A stretch of DNA of 64,000 bases from Bacteroidota bacterium. Lineage in GTDB: Bacteria > Bacteroidota > Bacteroidia > AKYH767-A > 2013-40CM-41-45. Location: NCBI GenBank assembly GCA_049363815.1, contig JBMQEM010000097.1:1925-65924 (forward strand), read 5' to 3'. The position numbers were made by a program, and so were the translations under genes. Positions 58,192 to 64,000 of this stretch are shown here, in pieces (position 1 is the first letter of the stretch; each line of letters begins with the position of its first letter). The notes under the pieces are model-generated. The model made no database searches and had not been told where the DNA came from. It saw nothing but the letters and a program-made list of their open reading frames with translations.

Positions 58192-59244
58192 ATGAAATTT
58201 AGAAAACTACTAACCGCAGCTTTCATTCTGGCTGTAAATCATTTCAGTTTTTCCCAGTCCGGTGGGGCTATTGGCGGTAATTATGTTTATCAATACCTGA
58301 ACATTCCTTCCTCTGCAAGGGTAGCTTCTCTTGGAGGTACTTATATTACAGTAAAAGATGATGATATCAACGTAGGAATGCAGGCTGCCTCTTTGTTGAA
58401 TTCTGAGATGAACAAAGCTCTTACCTTTAGCGGAGTGTCGTATGCTGACGGAATAAAATTTGGCAATGTCGCTTTTGCAAAACACTTTGATAAACTGGGA
58501 ACGTTTCTGGCATCGATGAATTACGCCGGGTATGGACAGTTCATGGAAACAGATGAGTTTGGTAACATCACTGGAACTTTTAAAGCGTCTGATTATGCAT
58601 TGACATTTGGTTATGGCCGGGAACTCAATAAATTTTTCAGCTACGGTGCTGCCTTGAAGTTTCTATATTCCGATTACTACATTACTAATTCATTTGGAAT
58701 TGCTGCAGATCTCTCTGCGACATTCTGTGATACGACCAGAAAAATTACGGCTACGATTCAATTCAGAAACATTGGAAGTCAACTGAAGAATTATGTCGAT
58801 GGAGCCAATGAACCATTACCAGCAGAAGCTTTGATAGGAATTTCTAAACGTCTTGCTCATACACCACTTCGATTCAGTCTTACCTACAGGCATCTTGAAA
58901 AATTTGATCTATCTTATGAAGACCCTCTTGATCTGGGTGATGTGGATCCGGTGACCGGTGAAGCACAGGTTAAAACCATTGACTTCTGGAATAAACTTTC
59001 ACGTCATTTTATTTTCGGAGCGGAAATTCTGATCACGAAAAATTTCCATATCAATGGCGGTTATAATTTTCAAAGAAGAAAAGAGTTGCAGGTTTCCAGC
59101 CGGCCCGGACTTACAGGATTTTCTTTTGGTGTAAGCATGAAGATCAGCAAATTCATTATCAGTTATGGAAGGGCCAGTTATCATCTTGCAGGTGGAGCGG
59201 ATCATTTTTCGATCACAACGAACCTCGCGGAATTTGTGAAATAA
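58192..59244 (+). CDS. porQ: Type IX secretion system protein PorQ
   Basis: YQYLNIPSSARVASLGG, FTASDYALTFGYG, SKRLAHTPLRFS, GYNFQRRKEL; PorV/PorQ-type barrel. Confidence 0.8.
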   Translation: MKFRKLLTAAFILAVNHFSFSQSGGAIGGNYVYQYLNIPSSARVASLGGTYITVKDDDINVGMQAASLLNSEMNKALTFSGVSYADGIKFGNVAFAKHFDKLGTFLASMNYAGYGQFMETDEFGNITGTFKASDYALTFGYGRELNKFFSYGAALKFLYSDYYITNSFGIAADLSATFCDTTRKITATIQFRNIGSQLKNYVDGANEPLPAEALIGISKRLAHTPLRFSLTYRHLEKFDLSYEDPLDLGDVDPVTGEAQVKTIDFWNKLSRHFIFGAEILITKNFHINGGYNFQRRKELQVSSRPGLTGFSFGVSMKISKFIISYGRASYHLAGGADHFSITTNLAEFVK

Positions 59245-59424
59245 TTCAAAAGTTAAAAGTCAATTTGCAGATTTCTTGAAAGTGATCTGTGAAAATACTC
59301 ATAAAGGAATTTAATTCTGCATGTTTCTGTAATTGTAAAATATAACTCACCATTGTTATCCTCTTTTTGCTAAAAAAAACGATTAGAATCCCAAAAAGTC
59401 GCTAATTTTTTCTTTCTTTGCCAA

Positions 59425-60174
59425 GTGGCAACAATTCTCCATCCATCTAAAACTATGAACCTTTCGCCAGGACCGATTGCGGGGAAAATTATTATCGCAA
59501 TTGATGGTTATTCTTCATGTGGAAAAAGCACCATGGCTAAAGCAATAGCTAAAAAGATGGGGTATCGTTATATTGATTCTGGAGCAATGTACAGGGCAGT
59601 GACTTTGTTCGTGCAGCAGCATGGATTAAGTCTGGAAGACCTGCAAAGCATGAGTGATGCTCAACTGGAAGCAATGCTTGATCACATTCATGTTACTTTT
59701 CATATCAACCCTGAAAATGGACTTTCAGAAGTTTACCTTAATGAGATCAATGTAGAAAAGAAGATCCGTGACCTGAAAGTCTCTGATTGGGTGAGTCCTG
59801 TCAGCGCTATTCCTGCGATCCGGCACCGGATGGTGGCCTTACAACAAGGTTATGGCAAGCAAAAGGCAATCGTAATGGATGGACGGGATATTGGTACAAA
59901 AGTTTTTCCTGATGCTGAATTGAAAATTTTTATGACTGCAAAAAAAGAAGTCCGTGCAAAACGTCGCTTCGATGAATTAAACCAAAAAGGTTTTATGGTC
60001 ACGATGGATGAAGTGTTAAAAAACATCGAAGACCGCGATCACACAGATACTCACCGAGCTGAAAGCCCTTTGAGAAGAGCCGATGATGCTATTATTCTCG
60101 ACAACTCTGATCTTTCAGAGCAGGAACAGTTTGATTTTGCTATGAAACTGGTTAATGAGATATGTAATAAGTGA
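59425..60174 (+). CDS. cmk: Cytidylate kinase
   Basis: IAIDGYSSCGKST, DSGAMYRA, MDGRDIGT, RDHTDTHR. The true start may be ATG 59455. Confidence 0.96.
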   Translation: MATILHPSKTMNLSPGPIAGKIIIAIDGYSSCGKSTMAKAIAKKMGYRYIDSGAMYRAVTLFVQQHGLSLEDLQSMSDAQLEAMLDHIHVTFHINPENGLSEVYLNEINVEKKIRDLKVSDWVSPVSAIPAIRHRMVALQQGYGKQKAIVMDGRDIGTKVFPDAELKIFMTAKKEVRAKRRFDELNQKGFMVTMDEVLKNIEDRDHTDTHRAESPLRRADDAIILDNSDLSEQEQFDFAMKLVNEICNK

Positions 60175-60260
60175 AATTAAGTGAAAAGTGAAAAGTGAAA
60201 AGTGAAAAGGGGCGAGGACCTTTGATTGTGTCATCACTTTTCGTTTTTCACTTTTTTTCA
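60170..60260. repeat. Heptamer tandem repeat (GTGAAAA)x4 with a degenerate inverted arm
   Basis: gtgaaaagtgaaaagtgaaaagtgaaaa ... tcacttttcgtttttcactttttttca. Confidence 0.8.
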
Positions 60261-60268
60261 TACTTTTG
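60261..60268 (+). promoter_or_regulatory. -7 promoter element directly upstream of ispH
   Basis: Exact TACTTTTG ending 8 nt before ATG 60277. Confidence 0.5.
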
Positions 60269-60276
60269 CAGTAATA

Positions 60277-61167
60277 ATGAAAGTCACCATCGACACCTTT
60301 TCCGGTTTTTGTTTTGGAGTTGTTTATGCAATTCAAAAAGCTGAGGAAGAGTTAGCAAAATCAGGTTCTTTGTATTGTTTGGGCGATATTGTTCACAACA
60401 ATATGGAGGTGGAAAGACTTGGGAAAAAAGGTCTGAAAGTGATCAATCATGATGACCTTAAGAGTCTTCATGATTGCAAAGTCCTGATCCGTGCCCATGG
60501 TGAACCACCTGAAACTTACCAGACAGCTCTTCAAAATAACATCGAATTGATAGATGCCTCTTGTCCTGTTGTTCTCAAACTACAACACCGGGTAAGAGTA
60601 AGCTATGATGATGTGCTGGAAAATGACGGGCAGATCGTTATCTATGGAGAGATCGGACACGCTGAAGTGAATGGTCTCGTCGGTCAAACCAATGGAAATG
60701 CTATCATTGTCAGATCAGAAGATGATATCCACCTGATCGATTTTTCTAAACCCGTCACGCTTTTCTCTCAGACAACGAAGAGTAGTGCCGGTTTTTCAAA
60801 AATGAAAAAACTTATTGAGGAGTTATCTGAAAAGGCTGTACAGAAAGAAATTTCAGAAGAATACATGGTTTCTAATGATACCATTTGTCGTCAGGTTTCC
60901 AACCGTGAACCGCAGTTGCGTAAATTTTCACATGAACATGATGTAATTCTTTTTGTCAGCGGAAAGAAAAGCTCCAATGGAAAAGCCTTGTTTGAAGTCT
61001 GTAAATCTGAAAATCCAAATACCTATTTTATTTCTTCAGATGAAGAACTGGACTTTAACTGGCTAAAAGGCATAAATAAAGTCGGCATCTGCGGAGCGAC
61101 GTCAACACCGATGTGGTTGATGGAGAAAGTGGCAGAAAAGATTGAACTGGTTGCTCCTGAACTTTAA
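60277..61167 (+). CDS. ispH: 4-hydroxy-3-methylbut-2-enyl diphosphate reductase
   Basis: SGFCFGV, IVHN, IRAHG, DASCP, HAEV, DTIC, SSNG, GATSTP. The supplied ORF start (60226) is repeat-derived. Confidence 0.95.
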   Translation: MKVTIDTFSGFCFGVVYAIQKAEEELAKSGSLYCLGDIVHNNMEVERLGKKGLKVINHDDLKSLHDCKVLIRAHGEPPETYQTALQNNIELIDASCPVVLKLQHRVRVSYDDVLENDGQIVIYGEIGHAEVNGLVGQTNGNAIIVRSEDDIHLIDFSKPVTLFSQTTKSSAGFSKMKKLIEELSEKAVQKEISEEYMVSNDTICRQVSNREPQLRKFSHEHDVILFVSGKKSSNGKALFEVCKSENPNTYFISSDEELDFNWLKGINKVGICGATSTPMWLMEKVAEKIELVAPEL

Positions 61168-61337
61168 GAAGAAAACTCAAATATTGAAAGGATTAAAAAT
61201 TCTCTTTTTAATCGATTTTAAAGGTTTTTCAATTATAACTCTAGAATTCCAGAATTCATCCCAAATAAATTCATAATTTCAAGCTAATGCCGTTAAAAAG
61301 ATTCTCTTACGGGCTTTTTTCGTTTGAATCTTTTTGA

Positions 61338-61345
61338 TACATTTG
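61338..61345 (+). promoter_or_regulatory. -7 promoter element of rpsA
   Basis: TACATTTG 51 nt upstream of the ATG. Confidence 0.65.
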
Positions 61346-61396
61346 CGTCCCTATAAAAAAGAACCGAAATCAAACCCTTATAACATTAAAATTTAA

Positions 61397-63232
61397 ATGA
61401 TTACAGAAGAAATCACTAATCCTGCCCCGGCCTATAATCCGGAGCCATTTAACTGGGATTCCACTAGCAATAAAGGTGCTGGGGAATATTCAGCGGAAGA
61501 GCGTACTAAAATGGAACAACAGTACGACCAAACTCTTAGTGCCGTTGTAGAACACGACATCGTTGATGGTAAAGTTGTATCTATTTCATCAAAAGATGTT
61601 CTGATCAACATTGGCTACAAATCCGACGGATTAGTGGCATTAACTGAATTCCGCCATATGCCAGACATTAAAGTCGGGGATAAAGTGGAAGTTTATGTAG
61701 AAACACAGGAAGACAAAAATGGTCAGTTGATCCTTTCACACAAAAAAGCTCGTGCTCTTAAATCATGGGATCGCGTCAATGCAGCTTTGGAAGGTGATGA
61801 GATCATTCAGGGATTTGTTAAATGTCGTACAAAAGGTGGACTTATCGTAGATGTATTCGGAATCGAAGCATTCTTACCTGGTTCACAGATCGATGTTAAA
61901 CCTATTCGTGACTACGATCAGTTTGTAGGAAAAACAATGGAGTTCAAAGTTGTTAAGATCAACAATGAATTCAAAAACGTTGTTGTCTCTCACAAGGTTC
62001 TTATCGAAGAAGAATTAGAACAACAAAAAGCAGAGATCATGAAGAAACTTGAGAAAGGTCAGGTTCTTGAAGGTACTGTTAAAAATATCACATCGTACGG
62101 TGTGTTCATGGATCTTGGTGGTGTTGATGGTTTACTTCACATTACTGATATCTCTTGGGGTCGTATCACTCATCCTGAAGAAGTTCTTAAACTTGATCAG
62201 AAGATCAATGTCGTTATCCTTGACTTTGATGATGAGAAAAAGCGTATCGCTCTTGGTTTAAAACAACTTACTCCGCATCCTTGGACGCAGCTTAGCACTG
62301 ACCTTAATGTTGGTGATAAAGTAAAAGGTAAAGTTGTTGTTATCGCTGACTACGGTGCTTTCGTTGAGATCGCTCCGGGCGTAGAAGGACTTATCCACGT
62401 TTCTGAAATGTCATGGTCACAACACTTACGTTCACCACATGAATTCTTAAAAGTTGGTGACGAGATCGAAGCTGTTGTATTGACACTTGATCGTGAAGAG
62501 CGTAAAATGTCTCTTGGACTAAAACAATTGAAAGCAGATCCTTGGATCGATGTTGCTACTAAATACCCAGTTGGTTCTAAACATACAGCTACAGTGAAAA
62601 ACTTCCAGAACTTTGGAGTATTCGTTGAGTTGGAAGAAGGAATCGATGGTCTTGTGCATATCTCTGATTTATCATGGAGCAAGAAGATCAAGCACCCATC
62701 TGAATTTACGAAAGTAGGAGAGAAGATGGATGTTGTCGTTCTTGAAGTGGATCCTGAAAATCGTCGTTTGAGTTTAGGTCACAAACAACTTGAAGAAAAT
62801 CCTTGGGATGTATTTGAATCGATCTTTACAGTTGATTCAGTTCATGAAGGAACCGTTCTTAAGATGGGAGAAAAAGGTGCATCTGTTGCTTTATCTTATG
62901 GTGTTGAAGCATTCGCTCCAAGCAAACATATGGTGAAAGAAGATGGCAAAATGCTTAAAGCCGATGAGAAAGCTGACTTCAAAGTAATTGAATTCAGCAA
63001 AGATCAACGTAAGATCGTTGTTTCTCACTCTCGTATTCACGAAGAAGTTTCTCAACAGACACGTGTTGCAGAAGGATCAGCAAAAGCTGCTGACCGTGAA
63101 GAAGGAGTTAAAGCAGTTAAGAAAGTAAAAGATAATCAGGAGAAAACTACTCTTGGAGATCTAAGCGTTCTTAGCAACCTTAAAAATGAAATGGAAGCTG
63201 CAGAAAAGAAAAAAGGCGACAGCGCTGAGTAA
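61397..63232 (+). CDS. rpsA: 30S ribosomal protein S1
   Basis: Six S1 repeats (AFLPGSQID, DGLLHITDISW, EGLIHVSEMSW, GLVHISDLSW). Confidence 0.98.
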   Translation: MITEEITNPAPAYNPEPFNWDSTSNKGAGEYSAEERTKMEQQYDQTLSAVVEHDIVDGKVVSISSKDVLINIGYKSDGLVALTEFRHMPDIKVGDKVEVYVETQEDKNGQLILSHKKARALKSWDRVNAALEGDEIIQGFVKCRTKGGLIVDVFGIEAFLPGSQIDVKPIRDYDQFVGKTMEFKVVKINNEFKNVVVSHKVLIEEELEQQKAEIMKKLEKGQVLEGTVKNITSYGVFMDLGGVDGLLHITDISWGRITHPEEVLKLDQKINVVILDFDDEKKRIALGLKQLTPHPWTQLSTDLNVGDKVKGKVVVIADYGAFVEIAPGVEGLIHVSEMSWSQHLRSPHEFLKVGDEIEAVVLTLDREERKMSLGLKQLKADPWIDVATKYPVGSKHTATVKNFQNFGVFVELEEGIDGLVHISDLSWSKKIKHPSEFTKVGEKMDVVVLEVDPENRRLSLGHKQLEENPWDVFESIFTVDSVHEGTVLKMGEKGASVALSYGVEAFAPSKHMVKEDGKMLKADEKADFKVIEFSKDQRKIVVSHSRIHEEVSQQTRVAEGSAKAADREEGVKAVKKVKDNQEKTTLGDLSVLSNLKNEMEAAEKKKGDSAE

Positions 63233-63277
63233 TTTTTTCTGAACGTTCGAGATTCGTAATCCGAATCGAAATAATTT

Positions 63278-63307
63278 AAAAAGCCGTCCATTTTGGGCGG
63301 CTTTTTT
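63278..63307 (+). terminator. Intrinsic terminator after rpsA (probably bidirectional)
   Basis: aaaaagccgtcc-attttg-ggcggcttttt. Confidence 0.85.
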
Positions 63308-63372
63308 ATTTGTTTGTAAGTGTACTTCTTTTACTTTTCACTTTTTGTAATCGGTAAGTAGTAATTAGTTAA

Positions 63373-63675
63373 TTAATAAATCACCTGTTTCTTAGCCGCT
63401 CTTTCCGTCCGCCGCAATTCACGACTAGGTTTTACTTTTTCCTTTCGTGGTGTAGTTTCGGTTCTTAGATGTTTTTTTTCGCGTAGCAGTTTTCTTTCAA
63501 GTGCTCTTTGTCTGCGTGCTTCTTTCTTCTTTAATTTTTCAGACTTGTTATTATTTTGAAATTCTGTAGTCTGTTGCACTTTATTTTCAGAATTGGTTGT
63601 TGCCGGATTCTGTGCATGTGACATAATAAACGCGAAAAGTGCGATTAAAGTAATTTTTAGCTTTAAAGTTTTCAT
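63373..63675 (-). CDS. Small secreted Lys/Arg-rich protein
   Basis: Signal peptide ..MSHA/Q, then a polar linker and a highly basic helical tail. Confidence 0.75.
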   Translation of the reverse strand: MKTLKLKITLIALFAFIMSHAQNPATTNSENKVQQTTEFQNNNKSEKLKKKEARRQRALERKLLREKKHLRTETTPRKEKVKPSRELRRTERAAKKQVIY

Positions 63676-63699
63676 TATTGATCTATTTGTTTCTTATTT

Positions 63700-63715
63700 T
63701 GCAGAAAGTGTGCCA
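63700..63715 (-). promoter_or_regulatory. Sigma54 (-24/-12) promoter
   Basis: Minus strand TGGCACACTTTCTGCA has exact GG-N10-GC spacing and matches TGGCAC-N5-TTGCA at all but one position; 24 nt upstream of the ATG. Confidence 0.7.
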
Positions 63716-63837
63716 TGGGACTTATTACCACAGTTGGAAGTACAGAGATGAAGGTACTTTTGACTGATAAGACTCTGATAAAAAATTATTGATCTTACTT
63801 GAATTGCTAAAATTTAATTCTCCTTTATTATAAAAAT

Positions 63838-64000
63838 ATGACGCAACAACAAAAACTGGATTTTCTGAAAAATGCATTTCCTGATTTAGTCAGAAAAGCA
63901 GATCCTTCAATTAAGCCGGCTTGGGGCAAAATGAACCTCCAACAAATGGTCGAACACATGAGTTATGCAGTACGCAATGCCAATGGAAAATTATCATTTG
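63838..64000 (+). CDS. DinB-like / DUF1569-like protein (3'-truncated by window edge; absent from the ORF track)
   Basis: MTQQQKLDFLKNAFPDLVRKADPSIKPAWGKMNLQQMVEHMSYAVRNANGKLSF.., with a WGKM...QM..H motif. Confidence 0.7.
   Translation, partial: MTQQQKLDFLKNAFPDLVRKADPSIKPAWGKMNLQQMVEHMSYAVRNANGKLSF

Noticed and set aside
60226-60276. N-terminal extension of IspH (MCHHFSFFTFFHTFAVI)
   Set aside because: It is repeat- and promoter-derived; the conserved sequence begins at ATG 60277.
1-64000. tRNA, rRNA, transposase, integrase, prophage or defence genes
   Set aside because: No cloverleaf, rRNA-like or recombinase/nuclease signatures were recognised. Short ncRNAs cannot be excluded without a covariance-model search.

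Overview
64 kb from a Bacteroidota chromosome. The assignment rests on TAnnTTTG promoters, T9SS components and cargo, Gln at +1 after signal peptides and a CarB lacking the MGS domain. I see no rRNA, tRNA, transposase, integrase or CRISPR array. Housekeeping genes (rsmG, rpmH, carB, uvrA, porQ, cmk, ispH, rpsA) frame four accessory blocks. (1) 6.7-15.4 kb: a surface-glycan modification cassette, AT-rich from about 9.2 kb (YfhO GT-C, GT4, deacetylase-like, ATP-grasp, PHP, AsnB-type amidotransferase). (2) 18.4-22.1 kb: a divergent cyanophycinase/cyanophycin synthetase pair (cphB/cphA1). (3) 22.4-40.2 kb: two paralogous type-B T9SS adhesins around one PorP/SprF + PorE-like pair, then a small operon of secreted proteins, two with type-A CTDs. 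(4) 40.5-51.2 kb, the most interesting part: a putative uncharacterised synthase-dependent exopolysaccharide system. It encodes a PgaC/IcaA-like GT2, a membrane-anchored HEAT protein, a secreted CotH kinase and a TPR+YaiO beta-barrel. It lies directly downstream of a cytoplasmic REC-PAS-HK-REC-Hpt phosphorelay kinase and a REC-only protein, and next to a sigma54 activator with no DNA-binding domain. A good sigma54 -24/-12 promoter precedes a small basic secreted protein at 63.7 kb. Most intergenic spacers carry palindromes built from 7-9 bp units. Family names come from motif recognition by eye; no database search was run.
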